DNA of 23,198 nucleotides from a virus (Duplodnaviria; Heunggongvirae; Uroviricota; Caudoviricetes): IMG/VR virus record IMGVR_UViG_648276650_000002, positions 1 to 23,198 of that record; one strand, 5' to 3'. Shown piece by piece: positions 15,225 to 23,198 of this stretch (position 1 is its first letter; each line of letters starts with the position of its first letter). The notes under the pieces were generated by a model. It saw only the letters and a program-made list of their open reading frames with translations, ran no database searches and was not told where the DNA came from. The position numbers and the translations under genes were made by a program.

Positions 15225-15953
15225 ATGAGTAACAAAATCATTACGCTATCTGGCGCTGCTAATGAAGTGCTTTATGCGCTGTTTTTCCGTGGCGCGTTGC
15301 TGTCTGGTGATCTGCCTTCTAAATCTGGCACAGCCGAATTGCGCGAGCTTGGTTTTGCTGAAACCAGACACACAGCAACTGAATACCAGAAAGAAAATCA
15401 CTTTACCTTTCTGACATCAGAAGGGCAGAAATTTGCCGTTGAACACCTGGTCAATACGCGTTTTGGTGAGCAGCAATATTGCGCTTCGATGACGCTTGGC
15501 GTTGAGATTGATACCTCTGCTGCACAAAAGGCAATCGACGAGCTGGACCAGCGCATTCGTGACACCGTCTCCTTCGAACTTATTCGCAATGGAGTGTCAT
15601 TCATCAAGGACGCCGCTATCGCAAATGGTACTATCCACGCAGCGGCAATCGAAACACCTCAGCCGGTGACCAATATCTACAACATCAGCCTTGGTATCCA
15701 GCGTGATGAGCCAGCGCAGAACAAGGTAACCGTCAGTGCCGATAAGTTCAAAGTTAAACCTGGTGTTGATACCAACATTGAAACGTTGATCGAAAACGCG
15801 CTGAAAAACGCTGCTGAATGTGCGGCGCTGGATGTCACAAAGCAAATGGCAGCAGACAAGAAAGCGATGGATGAACTGGCTTCCTATGTCCGCACGGCCA
15901 TCATGATGGAATGTTTCCCCGGTGGTGTTATCTGGCAGCAGTGCCGTCGATAG
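15225..15953 (+). CDS. Hypothetical protein, 242 aa, immediately upstream of cos
   Basis: ATG at 15225 with an AAGGA Shine-Dalgarno. Codon usage resembles the phage backbone. No motif recognised. Confidence 0.6.
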   Translation: MSNKIITLSGAANEVLYALFFRGALLSGDLPSKSGTAELRELGFAETRHTATEYQKENHFTFLTSEGQKFAVEHLVNTRFGEQQYCASMTLGVEIDTSAAQKAIDELDQRIRDTVSFELIRNGVSFIKDAAIANGTIHAAAIETPQPVTNIYNISLGIQRDEPAQNKVTVSADKFKVKPGVDTNIETLIENALKNAAECAALDVTKQMAADKKAMDELASYVRTAIMMECFPGGVIWQQCRR

Positions 15954-15989
15954 TGTGCAATTGATAATTATTATCGTTTGCGGGTCCTT

Positions 15990-16200
15990 TCCGGCGATCC
16001 GCCTTGTTACGGGGCGGCGTCCGCGCAGATTCTCGCTATTTATGAAAATTTTCAGGCATTTGCCGTTTCCGTTCTTCTTCTCGCTAATTCATTGTTTTAA
16101 CTGTAAACACCCCCTGAAAAGAAAGGAAATGATAAGCCTTAAAAACGGCTAAATAGCCAGAGGGCGTTTCCTTTCTCTGTTTTTGTGTATGGAGTGAGCT
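15990..16200 (+). other. cos: cos site (cosN with flanking cosB-type terminase-binding elements), lambda-like
   Basis: Direct recall of the lambda left end. Window has GTTACG-GGGCGGCGTCCG (cosN about 16012-16023; lambda GGGCGGCGACCT), then CTCGCTATTTATGAAAATTTTC, GCCGTTTCCGTTCTTCTTC, CTGAAAAGAAAGGAAA and CGTTTCCTTTCTCTGTTTTTGT, matching lambda R3/R2/R1. Confidence 0.85.
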
Positions 16201-16746
16201 ATGGAGGTCAACAAAAAGCGTCTTTCTGAAATATTTGGGGTCAGCGTGCGAACCATTCAGAACTGGCAGGATCAGGGAATGCCTGTAGCACGTGGCGGTG
16301 GAAAAGGTAATGAGGTCCTCTATGAATCTTCCGCGGCTATCGAATGGTATTCCGCACGCGACGCGGCGATTGAGAATGAGAAATTACGGAAGGAGGTGGA
16401 AGACCTTCGTCTTGCATCGGAATCCGACCTTCAGCCTGGTACGATTGACTATGAGCGTCACCGCCTCACCCGAGCGCAGGCAGATGCCCAGGAACTAAAA
16501 AATGCAAAAGATTCCGCTGAGGTGGTGGAAACCGCATTCTGCACGTTCGTGCTGTCGCGGATGGCCGGAGAAGTAGCCAGCATTCTTGATGGAGTTCCTC
16601 TGTCGGTTCAGCGGCGCTTCCCGGAGCTGGAAAACCGACATATTGATTTCCTCAAGAAGGACATCATTAAAGCCATGAACAAAGCAGCTGCGCTGGATGA
16701 AATAATACCGGGGTTGCTGAGTGAATATATCGAACAGTCAGGTTAA
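16201..16746 (+). CDS. nu1: Terminase small subunit
   Basis: Near-identity to lambda Nu1 across its length (MEVNKK...TIQNWQ.QGMPV.RGGGKGNEVLY...). Confidence 0.95.
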   Translation: MEVNKKRLSEIFGVSVRTIQNWQDQGMPVARGGGKGNEVLYESSAAIEWYSARDAAIENEKLRKEVEDLRLASESDLQPGTIDYERHRLTRAQADAQELKNAKDSAEVVETAFCTFVLSRMAGEVASILDGVPLSVQRRFPELENRHIDFLKKDIIKAMNKAAALDEIIPGLLSEYIEQSG

Positions 16747-18643
16747 GGGGCTGCAGCACTCTGCGCGCGCGGGTCTACTTTCGCTGTACCGACCTGAGCC
16801 GCAAACGGCGGTTGAATGGGCAGACGATAATTACTATCTCCCCAAAGAGTCGGCCTACCAGGAAGGGCGCTGGGAAACGTTGCCGTTTCAACGCGCGATC
16901 ATGAATGCGATGGGTAACGATTACATACGTGAGGTCAACGTTGTTAAGTCTGCCCGTGTTGGCTATTCAAAAATGTTGCTGGGTGTTTATGCGTATTTTA
17001 TTCAGCACAAGCAGCGAAATTCCCTTATCTGGCTGCCTACTGATGGTGACGCCGAAAACTTTATGAAGTCGCATGTTGAGCCGACGATTCGCGATATTCC
17101 GTCACTTCTGGCGCTGGCCCCCTGGTATGGAAAAAAGCACCGGGACAATACGCTCAGTATGAAACGCTTCTCCAACGGTCGCGGGTTCTGGTGTCTGGGT
17201 GGTAAAGCGGCGAAAAACTATCGTGAGAAATCGGTCGATGTCGCCGGTTACGATGAACTGGCGGCATTCGATGAAGATATTGAGAAAGAGGGATCCCCGA
17301 CGTTCCTGGGTGATAAACGTATTGAGGGGTCTGTCTGGCCCAAATCTATTCGCGGCTCAACGCCAAAAACAAAGGGGACCTGCCAGATTGAGCGTGCTGC
17401 CAGCGAGTCCGGGCATTTCATGCGTTTTCATGTTGCCTGTCCGCACTGTGGTGAAGAGCAGTACCTTAAATTCGGCGACAAAGAGACCCCGTTCGGGCTG
17501 AAATGGACACCGGGCGAACCCTCCAGCGTCTTTTACCTGTGTGAACATAATGCCTGCGTCATTAAGCAGCAGGAGCTGGATTTCACTGAAGCTCGTTACA
17601 TCTGCGACACCACCGGGATCTGGACGCGCGACGGTTTATCCTGGTTTTCATCAACAGGCACCGAAATCGACCCGCCAGACAGCGTGACGTTTCACATCTG
17701 GACGGCATACAGCCCGTTTACCACCTGGGTTCAGATCGTTAAAGACTGGCTAAAAACGAAAGGGGATACAGGAAAGCGTAAAACCTTCGTGAACACCACT
17801 CTGGGCGAAACATGGGAGCCTAAAATTGGTGAACGGCCTGACGCGGAGCTCATGGCCGAACGCAAAGAGTTCTTCGGGGCATCCGTACCGGAGCGTGTTG
17901 CTTATCTGACAGCCGGGATCGACTCCCAACTGGATCGATATGAAATGCGCGTCTGGGGATGGGGGCCCGGTGAGGAAAGCTGGCTGATTGACCGGCAGAT
18001 CATTATGGGCCGTCATGATGATGAAGCGACCCTCGTCAGGGTGGACGAGGCGATTAACAAAACCTATCTCCGAAAGAATGGCGTGGAAATGTCGGTATCC
18101 CGTATCTGCTGGGATATCGGCGGTATTGACCCCACCATTGTCTACAACCGCTCAAAAAAACACGGTCTGTTTCGTGTGATCCCTATAAAGGGGGCGTCGG
18201 TTTATGGAAAGCCAGTGGCGAACATGCCACGCAAGCGTAACAAGAATGGTGTTTACCTCACAGAGGTAGGAACAGACACCGCAAAAGAGCAGATTTATAA
18301 CCGTTTCACGCTGGTGGCGCAAAGAGACGAGCCGCTGGCGGGAGCGGTTCATTTCCCGAATAACCCAGAAATCTACGATCTAACAGAGGCCCAACAACTA
18401 ACAGCTGAAGAGCAGGTGGAAAAATGGGTAGACGGAAAGAAAAAGATCGTCTGGGACAGCAAAAAACGACGAAATGAGGCGCTCGATTGCTTTGTTTATG
18501 CACTGGCGGCGCTGCGTATAAGCATATCCCGCTGGCAGCTAAATCTTGATTCACTTCTGGCCAGCCTGCTGGAGGAAGAAGGCAGCCGTAACAATAACAA
18601 GACCCTGGCGGATTACGCGCGGGCATTATCTGGAGATGAATAA
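16721..18643 (+). CDS. A: Terminase large subunit
   Basis: Strong homology to lambda gpA from MNISNSQV...[10 protein letters not shown] onward. Start overlaps the 3' end of nu1 as in lambda. Confidence 0.95.
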   Translation: MNISNSQVKGLQHSARAGLLSLYRPEPQTAVEWADDNYYLPKESAYQEGRWETLPFQRAIMNAMGNDYIREVNVVKSARVGYSKMLLGVYAYFIQHKQRNSLIWLPTDGDAENFMKSHVEPTIRDIPSLLALAPWYGKKHRDNTLSMKRFSNGRGFWCLGGKAAKNYREKSVDVAGYDELAAFDEDIEKEGSPTFLGDKRIEGSVWPKSIRGSTPKTKGTCQIERAASESGHFMRFHVACPHCGEEQYLKFGDKETPFGLKWTPGEPSSVFYLCEHNACVIKQQELDFTEARYICDTTGIWTRDGLSWFSSTGTEIDPPDSVTFHIWTAYSPFTTWVQIVKDWLKTKGDTGKRKTFVNTTLGETWEPKIGERPDAELMAERKEFFGASVPERVAYLTAGIDSQLDRYEMRVWGWGPGEESWLIDRQIIMGRHDDEATLVRVDEAINKTYLRKNGVEMSVSRICWDIGGIDPTIVYNRSKKHGLFRVIPIKGASVYGKPVANMPRKRNKNGVYLTEVGTDTAKEQIYNRFTLVAQRDEPLAGAVHFPNNPEIYDLTEAQQLTAEEQVEKWVDGKKKIVWDSKKRRNEALDCFVYALAALRISISRWQLNLDSLLASLLEEEGSRNNNKTLADYARALSGDE

Positions 18644-18849
18644 TGGCAACACAGACTGAACTGGATGCCGCGCGCGCTGCGTTACATGACCTGATGATGG
18701 GAAAGCGCGTGGCGACGGTACAGAAAGACGGTCGAAGAGTGGAATTTACAGCCACTTCAGTCAGCGATCTCAAAAAATATATTACTGACCTTGAATCTCA
18801 GGTTGGCACCACATCACGACGCCGGGGGCCAGCAGGGTTTTACGTATGA
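18643..18849 (+). CDS. W: Head-tail joining protein W
   Basis: 68 aa, homologous to lambda gpW (...[36 protein letters not shown]...[10 protein letters not shown]). TAATG overlap with A. Confidence 0.9.
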   Translation: MATQTELDAARAALHDLMMGKRVATVQKDGRRVEFTATSVSDLKKYITDLESQVGTTSRRRGPAGFYV

Positions 18850-20438
18850 AAATACCATCTTTGGTGGGACCTGACGGGAAAACATCCCTTCGGGAATACG
18901 CAGGATATCATGGCGGTGGAGGCGGGTTTGGTGGGCAGCTGCGAGGCTGGAATCCGCCGAGTGAAAGTGCAGATGCCGCACTCCTACCCAACTATTCTCG
19001 CGGAAATGCCCGCGCTGACGATCTGGTGCGAAATAATGGCTACGCGGCAAACGCCGTGCAGCTCCACCAGGACCACATCGTCGGGTCATTTTTCAGACTA
19101 AGTTATCGACCAAGCTGGCGTTATCTGGGAATAAATGAGGAGGATTCACGGGCATTCTCGCGGGATGTGGAAGCTGCATGGAATGAGTATGCCGAGGACG
19201 ACTTTTGCGGGATTGATGCCGAGCGTAAGCGAACGTTTACGATGATGATCCGAGAAGGTGTGGCCATGCACGCGTTTAACGGTGAATTATGCACGCAGGC
19301 GACCTGGGACAGCGATTCAACGCGTCTTTTCCGTACTCAGTTCAAAATGGTCAGTCCGAAGCGCGTCAGCAATCCGAATAATATCGGTGATACCCGGAAC
19401 TGTCGCGCTGGGGTAAAAATCAATAATAGTGGTGCTGCGCTGGGATATTACGTCAGCGATGACGGTTATCCTGGTTGGATGGCGCAGAACTGGACCTATA
19501 TTCCGCGCGAGCTTCCTGGTGGCCGCCCCTCGTTTATCCATGTATTCGAACCGATGGAGGATGGACAGACCCGTGGGGCTAATGCGTTTTACAGCGTGAT
19601 GGAGCAGATGAAAATGCTCGATACCCTGCAAAACACCCAGCTCCAGAGTGCGATAGTGAAGGCCATGTATGCCGCTACCATCGAGAGTGAACTGGATACC
19701 CAATCGGCGATGGACTTTATTCTCGGCGCGGATAATAAAGAGCAGCAGAGCAAACTTACGGGCTGGCTCGGTGAAATGGCGTCCTATTACTCAGCTGCGC
19801 CTGTTCGCCTGGGTGGGGCAAGGGTTCCACACCTGTTGCCGGGTGATTCTCTCAACCTTCAGTCGGCGCAGGATACCGATAACGGCTACTCGACTTTTGA
19901 ACAGTCCCTGCTGCGTTATATTGCCGCTGGGCTTGGTGTGTCGTATGAGCAGCTTTCGCGAAACTATTCGCAGATGAGCTACTCGACCGCACGCGCAAGT
20001 GCTAACGAGTCCTGGGCGTACTTTATGGGGCGTCGCAAGTTTGTGGCATCCCGACAGGCCTGTCAGATGTTTCTTTGCTGGCTTGAAGAGGCGATTGTCC
20101 GCCGCGTGGTCACGCTTCCTTCGAAAGCCCGGTTCAGTTTCCAGGAGGCGAGAACAGCCTGGGGGAATGCCAACTGGATTGGCTCTGGTCGAATGGCAAT
20201 TGACGGGCTGAAAGAGGTACAGGAGGCCGTCATGCTCATTGAGGCAGGTCTCAGCACGTATGAAAAAGAGTGCGCCAAACGCGGTGATGATTATCAGGAG
20301 ATTTTTGCCCAGCAGGTCCGGGAAACCATGGAGCGTCGTGCTGCGGGTCTGAAACCACCGGCATGGGCCGCTGCAGCTTTTGAGGCCGGAGTGAAAAAAT
20401 CAAACGAGGAGGAGCAAGATGGCGCACGAGCTGCGTAA
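18846..20438 (+). CDS. B: Portal protein
   Basis: Homology to lambda gpB ([60 protein letters not shown]). Confidence 0.95.
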   Translation: MKIPSLVGPDGKTSLREYAGYHGGGGGFGGQLRGWNPPSESADAALLPNYSRGNARADDLVRNNGYAANAVQLHQDHIVGSFFRLSYRPSWRYLGINEEDSRAFSRDVEAAWNEYAEDDFCGIDAERKRTFTMMIREGVAMHAFNGELCTQATWDSDSTRLFRTQFKMVSPKRVSNPNNIGDTRNCRAGVKINNSGAALGYYVSDDGYPGWMAQNWTYIPRELPGGRPSFIHVFEPMEDGQTRGANAFYSVMEQMKMLDTLQNTQLQSAIVKAMYAATIESELDTQSAMDFILGADNKEQQSKLTGWLGEMASYYSAAPVRLGGARVPHLLPGDSLNLQSAQDTDNGYSTFEQSLLRYIAAGLGVSYEQLSRNYSQMSYSTARASANESWAYFMGRRKFVASRQACQMFLCWLEEAIVRRVVTLPSKARFSFQEARTAWGNANWIGSGRMAIDGLKEVQEAVMLIEAGLSTYEKECAKRGDDYQEIFAQQVRETMERRAAGLKPPAWAAAAFEAGVKKSNEEEQDGARAA

Positions 20439-21756
20439 TCTTCCGCATATTGCCAGTATGGCCTTTAATGAGCCGCTGATGCTTGAACCCGCCTATGCGC
20501 GGGTTTTCTTTTGCGCGCTGGCTGGCCAGTTGGGCATCACCCGGCTGACAGATACCGTCTCTGGCATCACGCTTGATGCCGGACAAATAGCCGAACCGCT
20601 GGCGCTGTTTGGTGAGGATGATGACATGGATCCCCGTCCATCACGCAGCTATCAGGTGGCAAATGGTATCGCGGTCTTGCCGGTTTCCGGCACGCTGGTC
20701 AGTAAAACCCGCTCACTCCAGCCGTATTCGGGGATGACGGGGTACAACGGCATCATCGCCCGCCTCCAGCAGGCAATCAGCGATCCGGGTGTAGACGGCA
20801 TTCTTCTGGATATGGATACGCCAGGTGGAATGGTGGCGGGTGCCTTTGACTGTGCGGACATCATCGCCCGCATGCGGGATATCAAACCCATCTGGGCGTT
20901 AGCCAACGATATGAACTGCAGCGCTGGCCAGCTGATTGCCAGTGCGGCATCACGTCGGCTTGTGACCCAGACGGCCAGAACGGGATCCATCGGGGTCATG
21001 ATGGCCCACAGCAATTACGGCGCCGCCCTTAAAACCAGCGGCGTTGAGGTCACGCTGATTTACAGCGGCGATCACAAGGTGGACGGGAACCCCTACGAGA
21101 AATTACCCAAAGAGGTACGCGCAGATTTTCAGGCGCGTATCGACGCTACCCGGCAGATGTTCGCTGAAAAGGTGGCGGGTTATACCGGCATGTCGGTTCA
21201 GGCCGTTCTTGATACTGAAGCAGCTGTGTTTTCAGGCCAGGAATCAGTTGACAACGGCCTGGCGGAGCAGCTGGTCAACAACATGGATGCGCTGAACGTT
21301 ATGCGCGATGCAATTAACAAACGAACGATGATTTCCCGAGGAGGAAGCATGAAAGGTACTACTGCATCCGCAGATACCACTCAACCAGCAGCATCTGCTG
21401 ACCAGACCGTGACCACCGTTGACGTGCCTGCTGCGGTCGTTACTGACCCTGCAGCGGGCGCAACTGTTGATATCAGCAGCCAGGTGGCAGCGGCGGTCGC
21501 AGCCGAAAACGGTCGCATTATGGGGATCCTGAACTGTGAAGAGGCGAAAGGGCGTGAATCACAGGCGCGCGCGCTGGCGGAAACGCCCGGGATGACGGTG
21601 GAAAGTGCCCAGCGCATCCTTGCCGCGGCTCCTCTGAGTGCTCAGGCGCGTACGGATACCGCGCTGGATCGTCTGATGGAAACCGCACCCGGCACCATAA
21701 CGGCAGGTAGCGCTTCTGCCGAAGCGGGTGACGATTTGTTAAATACGCCTGTTTAA
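20419..21756 (+). CDS. C: Head protease/scaffold protein C (S49/ClpP-like); may contain a nested in-frame Nu3-like scaffold
   Basis: Position and size match lambda gpC. Ala/Thr-rich C-terminal region. The nested Nu3 start was not identified. Confidence 0.85.
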   Translation: MAHELRNLPHIASMAFNEPLMLEPAYARVFFCALAGQLGITRLTDTVSGITLDAGQIAEPLALFGEDDDMDPRPSRSYQVANGIAVLPVSGTLVSKTRSLQPYSGMTGYNGIIARLQQAISDPGVDGILLDMDTPGGMVAGAFDCADIIARMRDIKPIWALANDMNCSAGQLIASAASRRLVTQTARTGSIGVMMAHSNYGAALKTSGVEVTLIYSGDHKVDGNPYEKLPKEVRADFQARIDATRQMFAEKVAGYTGMSVQAVLDTEAAVFSGQESVDNGLAEQLVNNMDALNVMRDAINKRTMISRGGSMKGTTASADTTQPAASADQTVTTVDVPAAVVTDPAAGATVDISSQVAAAVAAENGRIMGILNCEEAKGRESQARALAETPGMTVESAQRILAAAPLSAQARTDTALDRLMETAPGTITAGSASAEAGDDLLNTPV

Positions 21757-21765
21757 GAGGTCAAC

Positions 21766-22098
21766 ATGTCTAACACTGAACAATTTACGCACAATCAGCC
21801 CCTCGGGAACAGTGATCCGGCGCATACCGGTTTTGCACCTGGTGAACTGACGAAAGCAGTACCGGCGATGACGCCCCTGATGCTGGATGCCACTTCCGGC
21901 AAGCTGACCGTCTGGGATGGTGCTCATGCTGGCGCGGCAATGGGCATCCTGGCTGTAACCGCAGACCAGAACAGCGCGGAACTGGCATATTACAAATCTG
22001 GCTCTTTCCGTATTGAAGATGTCCTCTGGCCATCTGCCGTCACCGACGACAACATTAAACGTAACGCGTTCGCCGGTACTGCAATCAGCATCGTTTAA
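21766..22098 (+). CDS. D: Head decoration protein D
   Basis: 110 aa, homologous to lambda gpD (...NSDPAHT...PAMTPLMLD...[10 protein letters not shown]). Confidence 0.9.
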   Translation: MSNTEQFTHNQPLGNSDPAHTGFAPGELTKAVPAMTPLMLDATSGKLTVWDGAHAGAAMGILAVTADQNSAELAYYKSGSFRIEDVLWPSAVTDDNIKRNAFAGTAISIV

Positions 22099-22130
22099 TC
22101 CGCATTTCTACAACCATCATCATTCATAAA

Positions 22131-22152
22131 AGCCGCCTGCGCGGCTTTTTTT
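22131..22152 (+). terminator. Terminator-like hairpin between D and E
   Basis: agccgc-ctgc-gcggct followed by seven T. Sits inside the late operon, so it is probably read through in the Q-modified state. Confidence 0.45.
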
Positions 22153-22165
22153 ACGGGAAATATCT

Positions 22166-23191
22166 ATGTCCGTTTACACCACTGCCCAGCTGCTGGCGGT
22201 CAATGAGAAGAAATTCAAATTCGATCCGCTTTTCCTGCGTATCTTTTTCCGCGAAACCTATCCCTTCAGTACAGAGAAGGTTTACCTGTCGCAAATTCCT
22301 GGCCTGGTCAATATGGCGCTTTACGTCTCGCCGATTGTCTCCGGCAAAGTGATCCGCTCCCGTGGCGGCAGCACGTCTGAATTCACGCCGGGTTATGTGA
22401 AGCCGAAACACGAAGTTAACCCACTGATGACTCTCCGCCGCCTGCCGGATGAGGATCCGCAGAATCTCGCTGACCCGGTCTATCGCCGTCGCCGCATTAT
22501 CCTTCAGAACATGAAGGATGAAGAGCTGGCGATTGCTCAGGTCGAAGAGAAACAGGCTGTTTCGGCGGTGCTCAGCGGTAAATACACCATGACCGGGGAA
22601 GCGTTCGAGCCTGTTGAAGTCGATATGGGCCGCAGCGCTGGTAACAACATTGTCCAGGCCGGTGCGGCTGCATGGTCAACCCGCGACAAAGAAACGTATG
22701 ACCCGACCGATGACATTGAAGCCTACGCGCTCAACGCCAGCGGTGTGGTCAACATCATTGTGTTCGATCCGAAAGGCTGGGCGCTGTTCCGTTCCTTCAA
22801 GGCTGTTGAGAAGAAGCTGGATACGCGTCGTGGTTCTAACTCTGAGCTGGAAACTGCCGTGAAAGACCTGGGTATGGCTGTTTCATACAAGGGGATGTTT
22901 GGCGATGTGGCCATCGTGGTGTACTCCGGCCAGTACGTCGAAAACGACGTCAAAAAGAATTATCTGCCGGACCTGACAATGGTGCTGGGGAATACCCAGG
23001 CTCGTGGCCTGCGTACCTATGGCTGCATTCTTGATGCTGATGCCCAGCGCGAAGGTATCAATGCCTCGACACGCTACCCGAAAAACTGGGTGCAGTCGGG
23101 GGATCCGGCGCGCGAATTCACCATGATTCAGTCAGCTCCGCTGATGCTGCTGCCAGACCCTGACGCATTCGTCTCCGTCAAACTGGCATAA
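22166..23191 (+). CDS. E: Major capsid protein E
   Basis: 341 aa, high identity to lambda gpE across the whole length (YTTAQLLA.NE.KFKFDPLFLR.FFRE.YPF.TEKVYLSQIPGLVNMALYVSPIVSG...). Confidence 0.95.
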   Translation: MSVYTTAQLLAVNEKKFKFDPLFLRIFFRETYPFSTEKVYLSQIPGLVNMALYVSPIVSGKVIRSRGGSTSEFTPGYVKPKHEVNPLMTLRRLPDEDPQNLADPVYRRRRIILQNMKDEELAIAQVEEKQAVSAVLSGKYTMTGEAFEPVEVDMGRSAGNNIVQAGAAAWSTRDKETYDPTDDIEAYALNASGVVNIIVFDPKGWALFRSFKAVEKKLDTRRGSNSELETAVKDLGMAVSYKGMFGDVAIVVYSGQYVENDVKKNYLPDLTMVLGNTQARGLRTYGCILDADAQREGINASTRYPKNWVQSGDPAREFTMIQSAPLMLLPDPDAFVSVKLA

Positions 23192-23198
23192 CTCCCCC

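Noticed and set aside
16292..23000. Antisense or out-of-frame ORFs within Nu1, A, B, C, D and E (for example 17199..17501, 18306..18773, 19317..19703, 20652..21014, 22614..22862)
   Set aside because: The sense-strand genes are unambiguous lambda head-gene homologues. The alternatives are frame shadows.

Overview
This window is the int-proximal ~23 kb of a lambda-like (lambdoid) prophage from an enterobacterial genome, integrated at the 3' end of the tmRNA gene ssrA. The gene order is lambda-like: att core, int, xis, a leftward operon of small translationally coupled ORFans with an HNH/AP2 endonuclease, a LexA/CI-type repressor, a divergent operator region, a Cro-like regulator, a replication module, a Q antiterminator, a four-element tRNA cluster, the lysis cassette S-R-Rz/Rz1, cos, and head genes Nu1-A-W-B-C-D-E. 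The head genes, Nu1, holin, Rz and the cos site were recognised by direct recall of lambda protein and DNA sequences; everything else rests on motifs and gene context. Four AT-rich accessory insertions sit at classical moron positions and are the best candidates for something new: a 316-aa gene antisense to the late operon between Q and the tRNAs, a 204-aa gene with an Rx4H (HEPN-like) motif between Rz and cos, a two-gene acidic cassette just downstream of the repressor, and a 67-aa gene. None could be assigned a function from sequence alone. Coordinates of features I placed by hand (hairpins, operators, tRNAs, cos) may be off by 1-2 nt; one manual count disagreed with the ORF track by 1 nt near 10275.
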